A stretch of 55,915 bases of DNA from Acidimicrobiia bacterium. GTDB taxonomy: Bacteria; Actinomycetota; Acidimicrobiia; IMCC26256; PALSA-555. The notes below the pieces were generated by a model. The model was not told where the DNA came from and did no database searches. It worked only from the letters and a program-made list of their open reading frames with translations. The first letter of the stretch is position 1. The number at the start of each line of letters is the position of its first letter. Made by a program: the position numbers and the translations under genes. Below are positions 40,832 through 49,543 of this stretch, piece by piece. The stretch spans positions 1 to 55,915 of the forward strand of contig JAWOIO010000043.1 in the NCBI GenBank assembly GCA_046484625.1, read 5' to 3'.

Positions 40832-40864
40832 GGGGTTCCCCGCTCCTGGAACGGAAAGCCTGCT

Positions 40865-42724
40865 GTGCCCGCGCGCAACGACCTCCGAAACGTCGCGATC
40901 GTCGCCCACGTCGACCACGGCAAGACCACCCTCGTCGACGCCATGCTGCGCCAGACCGGGGCCTTCCGCGCCCACCAGGCGGTCGAGGACCGGGTCATGG
41001 ACTCCATGGACCTCGAGCGCGAGAAGGGCATCACGATCCTCGCCAAGAACACGGCCGTCCGCCACGAGGGCGTGAAGCTGAACATCGTCGACACGCCCGG
41101 CCACGCCGACTTCGGCGGCGAGGTCGAGCGGGGGCTCACGATGGTCGACGGGGTCCTCCTCCTCGTCGACGCGAGCGAGGGGCCGCTGCCCCAGACCCGG
41201 TTCGTGCTCCGCAAGGCGCTCGAAGGCCGCCTGCCGGTGATCCTGGTCGTCAACAAGGTGGACCGGCCCGACGCCCGCGTCGACGAGGTCGTGCACGAGG
41301 TCGAGGAGCTCTTCCTCGACCTCGACGCCGACGAGCACCAGATCGCCTTCCCCATCGTCTACTGCAACGCCCGCACGGGCCGCGCGTCGATGGACGCGGC
41401 CGACCCCGACCTCCAGCTCACGGACCTGTCCGGCGAAGGTGGGCTCAAGCCCCTGCTCGAGATCATCATCGAGCACATCCCGGCGCCCACCTACGACGAC
41501 GCGCATCCGCTCCAGGCGCTCGTCACGAACCTCGACGCCTCCCCCTACGTCGGTCGGCTCGCGCTGTGCCGCATCCGCCACGGCGTGCTGCGCAAGGGGG
41601 CGCCGGTCGCCTGGTGCCGGGCCGACGGCACGATCGAGACCGTCCGCATCACCGAGATGTACGTGACCGAGGCGCTCGAGCGCGTCGACGCGGCCGAAGC
41701 CGGTCCCGGCGAGATCGTCGCGATCGCCGGGCTCGCCGAGGTCACCATCGGCGAGACGCTTGCCGATCCCGACGACCCCCGACCGCTCCCCGTGATCCAC
41801 GTCGACGACCCGAGCCTCTCGATGACGATCGGCATCAACACGTCGCCGCTGTCGGGCACCGAGGGGAACAAGCTCACGGCGCGGCTGGTGAAGACCCGAC
41901 TCGACACCGAGCTGGTCGGCAACGTCTCGTTGCGGGTGCTCCCCACCGACCGGCCCGACGCGTGGGAGGTCCAGGGCCGCGGTGAGCTGCAGCTCGCGGT
42001 GCTCGTCGAGATGATGCGACGCGAGGGCTTCGAGCTCACGGTCGGCAAGCCCGAGGTCGTCACCCGTGAGGTGAACGGCAAGGTGCACGAGCCCGTCGAA
42101 CGCGTGTCGATCGACGTCCCCGAGGAGTATCTCGGCGTCGTCACCCAGATGCTCGCGCTCCGCAAGGGGCGCCTCGAGCAGATGGTGAACCACGGGACCG
42201 GGTGGGTGCGGATGGAGTACCTCGTGGCCGCACGCGGCCTCGTCGGGTTCCGCACCGAGTTCCTCACCGAGACGCGGGGCACCGGGATCCTGCACCACGT
42301 GTTCGAGGGATACGAGGCCTGGCATGGCGATCTGCGGGCGCGGCCGACGGGATCCATGGTCGCGGACCGTCGAGGGGCCACGAACTCCTATGCTCTGATG
42401 AACCTGCAAGAGCGCGGCCAGCTCTTCGTCGGCCCCGGCATCGAGGTCTACGAGGGGATGGTCGTCGGGGAGAACGCCCGTGGCGAGGACATGGACGTGA
42501 ACCCCACGAAAGAGAAGAAGCTCACGAACCACCGGGCGTCCTCGGCCGACGAGATGGTGCGGCTCGTGCCGCCTCGGGCGATGTCGCTCGAGCAGTCGCT
42601 CGAGTTCATCGCCGACGACGAGTGCGTCGAGGTGACGCCCGAGTCCGTGCGCCTCCGCAAGGTGGCGCTCGACGCATCGACGCGTGGCCGCGAGCGCGGG
42701 CGGGCACGTCCGCCGCGCGGCTGA
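40865..42724 (+). CDS. typA: translational GTPase TypA/BipA
   Basis: [21 protein letters not shown] and NKVD, with EF-G-like domains. It is the tail of track ORF 39632..42724. Confidence 0.96.
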   Translation: MPARNDLRNVAIVAHVDHGKTTLVDAMLRQTGAFRAHQAVEDRVMDSMDLEREKGITILAKNTAVRHEGVKLNIVDTPGHADFGGEVERGLTMVDGVLLLVDASEGPLPQTRFVLRKALEGRLPVILVVNKVDRPDARVDEVVHEVEELFLDLDADEHQIAFPIVYCNARTGRASMDAADPDLQLTDLSGEGGLKPLLEIIIEHIPAPTYDDAHPLQALVTNLDASPYVGRLALCRIRHGVLRKGAPVAWCRADGTIETVRITEMYVTEALERVDAAEAGPGEIVAIAGLAEVTIGETLADPDDPRPLPVIHVDDPSLSMTIGINTSPLSGTEGNKLTARLVKTRLDTELVGNVSLRVLPTDRPDAWEVQGRGELQLAVLVEMMRREGFELTVGKPEVVTREVNGKVHEPVERVSIDVPEEYLGVVTQMLALRKGRLEQMVNHGTGWVRMEYLVAARGLVGFRTEFLTETRGTGILHHVFEGYEAWHGDLRARPTGSMVADRRGATNSYALMNLQERGQLFVGPGIEVYEGMVVGENARGEDMDVNPTKEKKLTNHRASSADEMVRLVPPRAMSLEQSLEFIADDECVEVTPESVRLRKVALDASTRGRERGRARPPRG

Positions 42725-42769
42725 CGGCCACGAACGACAGGGATACGCCAGACAGAGAAAGGGATCGGC

Positions 42770-43021
42770 ATGGCGGGACGACAGCGGACGACCTTCGCGA
42801 AGCTCCAGAAGGAGCGCGCACGACAGGAGAAGCAGGCGGCCAAGCGGGCCCGACGTCAGGGACTCGCCCCCGAGCCGACGGTCGAGTACACGCCCACCGC
42901 GGATCTCAACGACCCGTCGACGTGGAAGTACGCCGACGAGATCGAGGCCGAGAAGAAGGCTGCAGCCGAGCAGGCCGAAGCCGCGGTTGCCGACGGCGAG
43001 TCGAGTGACGGGGCCGAATAG
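42770..43021 (+). CDS. small charged protein (basic N-terminus, acidic C-terminus), function unknown
   Basis: 83-aa ORF with AAAGGGA upstream and good GC3. Confidence 0.6.
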   Translation: MAGRQRTTFAKLQKERARQEKQAAKRARRQGLAPEPTVEYTPTADLNDPSTWKYADEIEAEKKAAAEQAEAAVADGESSDGAE

Positions 43022-43024
43022 CGC

Positions 43025-43654
43025 TCAGGCGAGGAGCGCGTCCAGCTCGGTGAGGGCGACGCGTGGATCGGGGCCCACGACGATGCCCTGCATCCCGAGG
43101 GCGCGCGCGGCCACGACGTTCTGCTCGAAGTCGTCGAGGAAGACCGCGGCTTCCGGGCCGATGCCCAGGCGCTCGAGCGCCCGCTCGTAGATGACCGGGT
43201 CCGGCTTGCGGATCCCCTCGAGACACGAGTCGACGACCAGGTCGAAGAGCTCGTCGACGTCGAGGCGAGCCCGCCAGTGGTCGCCGTACTCGCGGATGTT
43301 GTTCGTGAGGATCGCGTTGCGGATCCCCCGGCCGCGCAGCGCGCGGACGTAGTCGGTGACGACCGACCGGTCGACCGCGTCGTCCACCATCGTGCCGAAC
43401 ATCTCGCCGACGTCGAAGCGGACCCCGGATGCGACGGCGGACGCCCCGATCTCGTCGAGGGCGACGGTGAAAGCGATCTCCCCGCGCTCGAGGCGGTGCC
43501 ACGCGTGGTCGGTGTCGGCGTCGTAGTCGCCGAACACGATGCGCACGAACGCGTCCGGCTCCGTGCCCTGGGCGCGCGCGTACGTATGCGCGGCGGCGAA
43601 CGGTGAGGGCGTGAAGACCCCGCCGAAGTCCCAGATGACCGCCTCGATCGCCAT
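43025..43654 (-). CDS. HAD-superfamily hydrolase (subfamily IA)
   Basis: MAIEAVIWDFGGVF (motif I), ILTNN (motif II) and FLDDF (motif IV-like). It is the tail of track ORF 43025..43924. Confidence 0.88.
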   Translation of the reverse strand: MAIEAVIWDFGGVFTPSPFAAAHTYARAQGTEPDAFVRIVFGDYDADTDHAWHRLERGEIAFTVALDEIGASAVASGVRFDVGEMFGTMVDDAVDRSVVTDYVRALRGRGIRNAILTNNIREYGDHWRARLDVDELFDLVVDSCLEGIRKPDPVIYERALERLGIGPEAAVFLDDFEQNVVAARALGMQGIVVGPDPRVALTELDALLA

Positions 43655-43660
43655 CCCTCT

Positions 43661-43666
43661 ACGGTA
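43661..43666 (-). promoter_or_regulatory. -10-like box (TACCGT) for leaderless HAD gene
   Basis: TANNNT ends 6 nt before ATG 43654. Confidence 0.4.
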
Positions 43667-43672
43667 GGCGTC

Positions 43673-43876
43673 GTGACGACGGGCGATGCCACCCCGGTTC
43701 CCGACTACGCAGGACAGATCCGCCTCGACGGGCGACGGTCCTCGACGGGCGCCGGCCAGGGCATCGGACGACAGTCCGCGCACGCCCTTGCAGCGGTCGG
43801 CGCCCGCGTGGCATGCGTCGACATCGACGCCGATCGTGCCCACGAGGTCGCGCCGCTTCAGGCGACGCGGCGGTAG
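43673..43876 (+). pseudogene. N-terminal remnant of a short-chain dehydrogenase/reductase
   Basis: LDGRRSSTGAGQGIGRQSAHALAAVGARVACVDID matches the SDR TGxxxGIG Rossmann start. The ORF stops after 67 codons where the convergent ABC permease gene begins. Confidence 0.5.
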
Positions 43877-44646
43877 CGGGCGACTGCGATCGGTGCCGCG
43901 ACGGCCACGATCCCGACGATCCACGCCAGCGCCGCCAGGACCTCGGATCGGGCCTCACCACCGATGGTGAGGACCCGAACCGCGTCGACGACGACCGACA
44001 CCGGCTGGTGTTCGGCGAATCCCTGGAGCCAGCTCGGCATCGTCGCGACGGGGACGAACGCCGACGACGCGAACACGAGCGGGGCCATGATGGGGAAGGA
44101 CGCCGCCTGCGCGGTCTCTGCGTCGGGCGCGTACAGCCCCACGATCGCGAACACCCACGACAGCGAGTACGAGAAGGCGAGCACGAGCCCGAGTCCCGCG
44201 AGGATGCCCAACGTTCCCCCGTTCGGCTCCCAGTCGACCAGGTATCCGACCGCACACATGAGCGCAATGACGAAGGCGTTGCGGAGCAGGTCGGCGAGCG
44301 TGCGACCGACGAGCACGGCGGACCGGGCCATCGGCAACGAGCGGAAACGGTCGATCAGGCCCTTCTGGAGGTCGTCGGCGAGCCCGACGCCGGTCGTGAG
44401 CGAGCCGAACACGACGGTCTGCACGAAGATGCCGGGCATGAGGTAGTTGACGTACGAGCCGCCGGGGACCCGGATCGCACCGCCGAAGACGTAGCGGAAC
44501 ATCAGCACGAAGATGATGGGCTGGATCGTCGAGAACACGAGCAGCTCGGGCGTCCGGCGGATGTTCAGGAGGTTGCGCCACGCGATCGTGAGTGCATCGG
44601 CGGCGATCCGGGGGCCACCGGCTCGGAGCGTGGCGGGCGCGGTCAT
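43858..44646 (-). CDS. ABC-2 type transporter permease
   Basis: 262 aa with 6 TM segments. ATG 44646 overlaps the upstream stop (ATGA). It is the tail of track ORF 43858..45132. Confidence 0.9.
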   Translation of the reverse strand: MTAPATLRAGGPRIAADALTIAWRNLLNIRRTPELLVFSTIQPIIFVLMFRYVFGGAIRVPGGSYVNYLMPGIFVQTVVFGSLTTGVGLADDLQKGLIDRFRSLPMARSAVLVGRTLADLLRNAFVIALMCAVGYLVDWEPNGGTLGILAGLGLVLAFSYSLSWVFAIVGLYAPDAETAQAASFPIMAPLVFASSAFVPVATMPSWLQGFAEHQPVSVVVDAVRVLTIGGEARSEVLAALAWIVGIVAVAAPIAVARYRRVA

Positions 44647-45656
44647 GACCGGCCTCGCCTCCACCGGCGGGGCCGTGCGGCCGCGGGCTCGGCGCCCGGC
44701 GCGCCGTCGGGGCCCGGGACGGGCTCCTCGGCGGCATGGCCGGTGAGGCTGAGGAAGACGTCGTCGAGCGTGGGCTCGTGCAGCGCCATGGTGGCGGGCT
44801 GCAGACCGTTGGCATCGAGGCGTCGGACCGCCTCGAGCATGGCCCGGGCGCTGTCGACGACGGAAAGGTGCACCTGGTCGTCCTGCACCCCGATCTCCCC
44901 GATGCCGTCGAGCGCGGTCGCGGCGCGACGAGCGCTGTCGCCTTCGGCGAACCCGACCTCGATCACCGTCGCCCCGAGGCGCGCCTTGAGCGCCGTCGAG
45001 GTCCCCTCGGCGATGACCAGGCCGTGGTCGATCACGACGATGTGGTCTGCGAGGCGGTCCGCCTCCTCGAGGTACTGGGTGGTGAGCAGCACCGTGGTGC
45101 CCAGCTCGACGAGACCTTCGATGACGGCCCACAGGTCGATACGGCTGCGCGGGTCGAGACCCGTCGTCGGCTCGTCGAGGAACAGCACCGGCGGGCGGTG
45201 CATGAGCGCAGCCGCGAGGTCCAGCCGACGCCGCATCCCGCCCGAGTAGGTCTGCAGGACCCGGTTGGCAGCATCGACGAGCTCGAACTGCTGGAGGAGC
45301 TCGTCGGCCCGGGAGGCGATCACGGAAGCCGGGAGGTGCGTGAGGCGCCCGACGAGCCGCAGGTTCTCCCGGCCCGTCAGCTTCTCGTCGACGGCGGCGT
45401 TCTGCCCGGCCAGCCCGATCGACATTCGGGTCTGGACCGGCTGGCGCGTGACGTCGAGGCCGAGCACCTCGGCCCGACCGGACGTCGGGCGGAGCAGCGT
45501 CGTGAGGATCCGGACCGCCGTCGTCTTCCCCGCGCCGTTCGGCCCGAGCAAGCCCAGCACCGTCCCGCGCGGCGCGGCGAAGGACACGCCACCCAGCGCT
45601 TCGACGTCGCCGAAGTGCTTCACCAGGTTGTCCGCGACGATCGCCGAGTCGGTCAT
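44643..45656 (-). CDS. ABC transporter ATP-binding protein (DrrA-like)
   Basis: Walker A GPNGAGKTT, signature YSGGMRRR, and Walker B LFLDEPTTGLD. An ATGA overlap links it to the TauD gene. Confidence 0.93.
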   Translation of the reverse strand: MTDSAIVADNLVKHFGDVEALGGVSFAAPRGTVLGLLGPNGAGKTTAVRILTTLLRPTSGRAEVLGLDVTRQPVQTRMSIGLAGQNAAVDEKLTGRENLRLVGRLTHLPASVIASRADELLQQFELVDAANRVLQTYSGGMRRRLDLAAALMHRPPVLFLDEPTTGLDPRSRIDLWAVIEGLVELGTTVLLTTQYLEEADRLADHIVVIDHGLVIAEGTSTALKARLGATVIEVGFAEGDSARRAATALDGIGEIGVQDDQVHLSVVDSARAMLEAVRRLDANGLQPATMALHEPTLDDVFLSLTGHAAEEPVPGPDGAPGAEPAAARPRRWRRGRS

Positions 45657-46564
45657 CCTCCGCGCGGTGTCTCGCCTGCGACCGTCGTGCGGTGCATGAG
45701 CCGTCGATGGCCGCTGAAGTCGGCCATGGCCATGTGCTGGACGCTGCGGTTGTCCCAGAACGCGACGTCGCCGACGGCCCAGCGCCACCGGCACGTGAAC
45801 TCGTGGCGCACGCTGTGCGCGAAGACGAAGTCGAGGATGGGCTTCGCCTCGTGCGCGGCGAACCCCTCGAGCCCGATGGTGTACTGCGCGTTCAGGTAGA
45901 GGGCCTTCTCGCCGGTCTCGGGGTGGAGGCGGACGGCCGGATGGGGCTGCACCGAGTTGGCCGAGTCGTCGGTCCGCACGGTCATCCCGGTGAACGCGTC
46001 GTGGACGGCCTGCATCTTCGGGGAGTACGCGTGGACCGCGCTGTGGAGTCCCACGAGACCGTCCAACATCGCCTGCATGCCCTGTGAGAGCGTCCGGTGG
46101 GCGAGGACCTGGTTGGCCCACACGGTGTCGCCGCCCGACGGCGGGACCTCGCGCGCGTGGAGGATCGACCCGAACGGCGGCTCGGGGAGGAACGAGAAGT
46201 CCGAGTGCCACAGACTCCCGAATGTGAACGGTTGGCGCTCCTCGGCCTCGCGCACCACAGCGATGACCTCGTCGTGGCCGGCGATCGGCTCGATGAACGG
46301 CACGGGGCTGAACGGGCCGAAGCGGCGGCTGCACGCGACCTGGCGGTCGGGCGAGAGGTCCTGGCCCCGGAAGAAGACGACCCGGTGGTCGAGGACGGCT
46401 CGGCGGACCTCGGCCACGACCGCGTCGCCGAGGTCGTCGGCGAGGTCGATGCCGCTCACGAGGGCCCCGCACGCACCCGCCACGGGCTCGACCGTGATGT
46501 GTCGGAAGGGCTCGCCGGAGGGCGCGGCGGGGACCGGGATCAGGATCTCGGTGCGAGCGCTCAC
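45653..46564 (-). CDS. TauD/TfdA-family Fe(II)/2-oxoglutarate dioxygenase
   Basis: 303 aa with WHSDFSF (HxD), GGDTVWAN, a distal His, and WDNRSVQH. Confidence 0.92.
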   Translation of the reverse strand: MSARTEILIPVPAAPSGEPFRHITVEPVAGACGALVSGIDLADDLGDAVVAEVRRAVLDHRVVFFRGQDLSPDRQVACSRRFGPFSPVPFIEPIAGHDEVIAVVREAEERQPFTFGSLWHSDFSFLPEPPFGSILHAREVPPSGGDTVWANQVLAHRTLSQGMQAMLDGLVGLHSAVHAYSPKMQAVHDAFTGMTVRTDDSANSVQPHPAVRLHPETGEKALYLNAQYTIGLEGFAAHEAKPILDFVFAHSVRHEFTCRWRWAVGDVAFWDNRSVQHMAMADFSGHRRLMHRTTVAGETPRGG

Positions 46565-46570
46565 CGCGCC

Positions 46571-46576
46571 AGCATA
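46571..46576 (-). promoter_or_regulatory. -10-like box (TATGCT) for leaderless TauD-ABC operon
   Basis: TANNNT ends 6 nt before GTG 46564. Confidence 0.45.
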
Positions 46577-46604
46577 CGAACGACGCCCGACGGGTGCCCG
46601 GCGT

Positions 46605-46610
46605 TAGATT
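46605..46610 (+). promoter_or_regulatory. -10-like box (TAGATT) upstream of thioesterase gene
   Basis: TANNNT ends 8 nt before ATG 46619. Confidence 0.35.
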
Positions 46611-46618
46611 CGGCCGCC

Positions 46619-47407
46619 ATGGACGTCGAGCACGATCGCCCGCAGGTGGGCTTCACGTCGGAGCTCGGCCTCCACGTCTCCCTCGGCGACGATCCCGACA
46701 CGCTCGCCGGTCGCGCCGAGATCACGCCCGAGCTGTGCATCCCCGAGGCCGGGGTGCTGCGTCCGTCGGTCCTGCTCACCTGGGCCGACATCCTCACCGG
46801 CTCCCTCGCCAACGAGCGGACGCTGCCGAAGATCTGCATGACCGTCGACCTGGGCGTGCGCGTCGCGGGGCCGATCGCCGCGGGCACCGAGATCACGGCC
46901 GTCGGGCGGATCCTGAAGAGCGGTCGCACCGTCTCGTTCACCGAGACGACGTTCTCGGCCGCGGGCGCGGCGGGTCGGGACGAGATCGTCGCGATCTCGC
47001 TCGGGACCTTCGTCGCGTCCCCGCGACCCCAGGACACCGCCACCTCGGCGTTCGCCGCGGTGACGACGCGCGAGCGCGCGACCCGCCGTCCGCCGTCCGC
47101 CGTCGCCGAGATGCTCGGGAGCAGGGTCATCGCGCCCGGTGTCGTCGAGGTGCCGCGCAGCCCCCGCATCCTGAACTGGGCCGACACGGTCCAGGGCGGC
47201 GCGGTGGCCGCAGCGGCCGAGGAGGCCGTCCTGGCACTCGACGGTCCGTCGGTGCCGGTCGAGCTGGAGGTCCGCTACCTCGGCGCCGTCCGGGTCGGCC
47301 CGATGCGCGCGACCGCCCGGCGCTTCGGCGAGTGGATGCGGGTCGAGGTGCACGACATCGGCAACGATGACAGAATGGCCGCGGTGGCAACGGCACGCGG
47401 CGCATGA
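46619..47407 (+). CDS. double hot-dog fold (PaaI-like) thioesterase
   Basis: 262 aa in two halves, each with a hot-dog-like pattern (GRILKSGRTVSFTE / ARRFGEWMRVEV). It is the tail of track ORF 46097..47407. Confidence 0.7.
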   Translation: MDVEHDRPQVGFTSELGLHVSLGDDPDTLAGRAEITPELCIPEAGVLRPSVLLTWADILTGSLANERTLPKICMTVDLGVRVAGPIAAGTEITAVGRILKSGRTVSFTETTFSAAGAAGRDEIVAISLGTFVASPRPQDTATSAFAAVTTRERATRRPPSAVAEMLGSRVIAPGVVEVPRSPRILNWADTVQGGAVAAAAEEAVLALDGPSVPVELEVRYLGAVRVGPMRATARRFGEWMRVEVHDIGNDDRMAAVATARGA

Positions 47408-48156
47408 CCGATCCCAGTCCGGCCGGACCGCAGGCGCAGTCGAGCACCACCGCGCGCCTCGAGGCGTTCAGTGACGGCGTCACCGCCATCGCGATCACGC
47501 TCCTGGTCATCGAGATCGGGGTTCCCGAGGTCGGCCACGACGACCTGTGGGACGCGCTCGTGGAACAGTGGCCGTCGTACGCGGCGTTCCTCATCTCGTT
47601 CGCGGTCATCGGCATCATGTGGGTGAGCCACCACGCGATGTTCGAGCGGATCGCGACCGTCGACCGGGGGCTCCTCTTCCTCAACCTGGCCCTGCTCATG
47701 GGGATCGCGTTTGTCCCGTTCCCCACTGCGCTGCTGGCCGAGTACGTGCGCGAGGGAGGGGCCAACTCGCACGTGGCCGCGGCCATCTACAGCGCGGTGA
47801 TGGCGCTCATCGGCCTCGCGTTCGTCGGGATGTGGCGTCATCTCCTGCGGAACCCACACCTGCTCGTCGCAGGGATCCCGCGGGAGCGCATCGAGGTCGC
47901 GATCAAGAAGTCGATGGTGGGACCGGTCGTGTACGGCGCGTCGATCGGGCTGGCGTTCATCAGCGCGCTCGCATGTCTCTTCGTTTACGCACTGGTTGCG
48001 CTGTACTTCGCGGGGAACCCGTCGTCGCGGGTCGCCACCCCGGGGTCCCATGGTGCGGACGCATCCCGGAAGCAGGCTCCGGCGAAGAAGTCCTCGGCGA
48101 AGAAGGCGCCGGCGAAGAAGTCCTCGGCGAAGAAGTCCTCGGCGAAGAGGTCCTAG
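47404..48156 (+). CDS. TMEM175-family (DUF1211) potassium-channel homologue with Lys-rich tail
   Basis: The RLEAFSDGVTAIAITLLV signature sits in TM1, with 6 predicted TM segments. An ATGA overlap links it to the thioesterase gene. The C-terminus is AKKSSAKKAPAKKSSAKKSSAKRS. Confidence 0.88.
   Translation: MTDPSPAGPQAQSSTTARLEAFSDGVTAIAITLLVIEIGVPEVGHDDLWDALVEQWPSYAAFLISFAVIGIMWVSHHAMFERIATVDRGLLFLNLALLMGIAFVPFPTALLAEYVREGGANSHVAAAIYSAVMALIGLAFVGMWRHLLRNPHLLVAGIPRERIEVAIKKSMVGPVVYGASIGLAFISALACLFVYALVALYFAGNPSSRVATPGSHGADASRKQAPAKKSSAKKAPAKKSSAKKSSAKRS
48081..48155 (+). repeat. 15-nt coding tandem repeat x5 (AKKSS units)
   Basis: GGCGAAGAAGTCCTC-type units run back to back to the stop codon. 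Confidence 0.8.
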
Positions 48157-48172
48157 GCCGACGCCAGCGAGG

Positions 48173-49192
48173 TCAGCGCCGACGACGGAAGCACGCCACG
48201 GCGTCCTCGACGCCGAACGCGCAGACCGCCACATCGACCTCGAGTCCGGACGCTGACGCGAGATCCCCCTCGTCGACGGCGCCCAGTGCGACCGCGGCCC
48301 GCAGCTGCGCTGCCCCGGGAAGCCAGTCGCGTCCGAGGTGCGTGCCGATCCACGCGCCGAGGCCCGCGTCGTAGCGGAGCGGATCGGGGAGCGCCGCGCC
48401 GGGCACGACGACGCGCTCGAGGCAGCGCCCGAGCAGCGTCGGTGCTTCGGGCGGCGCCGGCGGAGGGTCTCCCACCACGAACGGGATGCTCCAGAAGTCG
48501 GGGGTCTGCATGTCCGGTGCCCCACCCGGGATCGTCCCCGGCCCATCGGCGGCGATCAGGGAGATCTCGCCTCGTCCGGGTCGACGGGAGTCGAGCAGCG
48601 TGAGCGCGAGCGAGTTCTGGCGGCGGGCCAGCTCGGTGCCGAGGTGTGCGAGCGCGGGAGCGCGGGCGACGAGCTGGAGGTGGACCATCGCGCCGAGTGC
48701 GTGCAGGGTCGCCTCTTCCACCTGGTCGGGCTCGCGCGCACGCCAGAGCAGGTCGTGGGTGAGGGAGATCGCGAGCAACGCGGGGTGCTCGGCCCGATAG
48801 CGCTCGTTCACGACCCGGATGCTCGGGTCGTCGGCAGGAGGACCCACCACCCGGCCGGGCGATGCCGGAGGGCCGATCCCGAGGGTCTCGACCGAAGCGT
48901 GGCCGGCGATGAATGCGTCGAGGAGCGGCGCCGCGACCGTGCCGGCGAGCGCCACCAACCCGGCGCGGACGAGCGGCTCGGGGACGCGCGCCACCAGCTC
49001 GGCGTCGTCGAACCGTTCCGCGTCGGGACACACCACCTGCACCAGGGCCCGGCGCGCCCCCGCGTCGTCGACCGGGGGTCCAGCAGCCGGCACCATCTCC
49101 GGACCGCCGGGGTAGATGCCGGGCTCGCCGAACAGCGAGTTCGACGAGAAGAGCACCGGGTCGCGCGGCGGCCGGGGTGGCCGTGCGAGCAC
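48173..49192 (-). CDS. hypothetical protein
   Basis: 339-aa ORF with uniformly high GC3. No motif recognised. Confidence 0.65.
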   Translation of the reverse strand: MLARPPRPPRDPVLFSSNSLFGEPGIYPGGPEMVPAAGPPVDDAGARRALVQVVCPDAERFDDAELVARVPEPLVRAGLVALAGTVAAPLLDAFIAGHASVETLGIGPPASPGRVVGPPADDPSIRVVNERYRAEHPALLAISLTHDLLWRAREPDQVEEATLHALGAMVHLQLVARAPALAHLGTELARRQNSLALTLLDSRRPGRGEISLIAADGPGTIPGGAPDMQTPDFWSIPFVVGDPPPAPPEAPTLLGRCLERVVVPGAALPDPLRYDAGLGAWIGTHLGRDWLPGAAQLRAAVALGAVDEGDLASASGLEVDVAVCAFGVEDAVACFRRRR

Positions 49193-49318
49193 CTCGGCGG
49201 TGATCCGCGCGATGTCGACGGCGTGGCCGTCGGGGGTTCCGGGAATGGTGGGCGTGTCGATGCGAGCACCCTAGAACCGAGCCCTGCGTGCGAGCCCTAC
49301 GATTCGGCGGTGCCGTCC

Positions 49319-49543
49319 GTCGCCGATCCCGTGCCCGGGTGTGGCGAGTGCCGCGCGTGCCGGAAGGGACGCCCGGCCGTGTGCCTCCGGCGGAGTCCTC
49401 CCGACTACCTGTCGTTCCGTGGTGCCTTCTGCCAGTTCGTCGTGGTGCCTGCCGACCGACTCGTGCGGATCCCCGACTCGCTGTCGCTGCGGGGCGCGGC
49501 CCTCACCGAGCCGACCTCCATCGCCATCCACATCGTCGAGCTC
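49319..49543 (+). pseudogene. internal remnant of a zinc-type medium-chain alcohol/polyol dehydrogenase
   Basis: VADPVPGCGECRACRKGRPAVC...GAFCQFVVVPADRLVRIPDSLSLRGAALTEPTSIAIH matches the structural-zinc Cys cluster and the following strand of MDR enzymes. The N-terminal ~80 aa and the whole Rossmann domain are absent. Confidence 0.55.

Noticed and set aside
39632-40864. A 1030-aa TypA with a 411-residue N-terminal extension (track ORF 39632..42724).
   Set aside because: The extension overlaps the LLM oxidoreductase gene in another frame and is Arg/Gly/Pro-rich. TypA homology starts at GTG 40865, right before the G1 motif.
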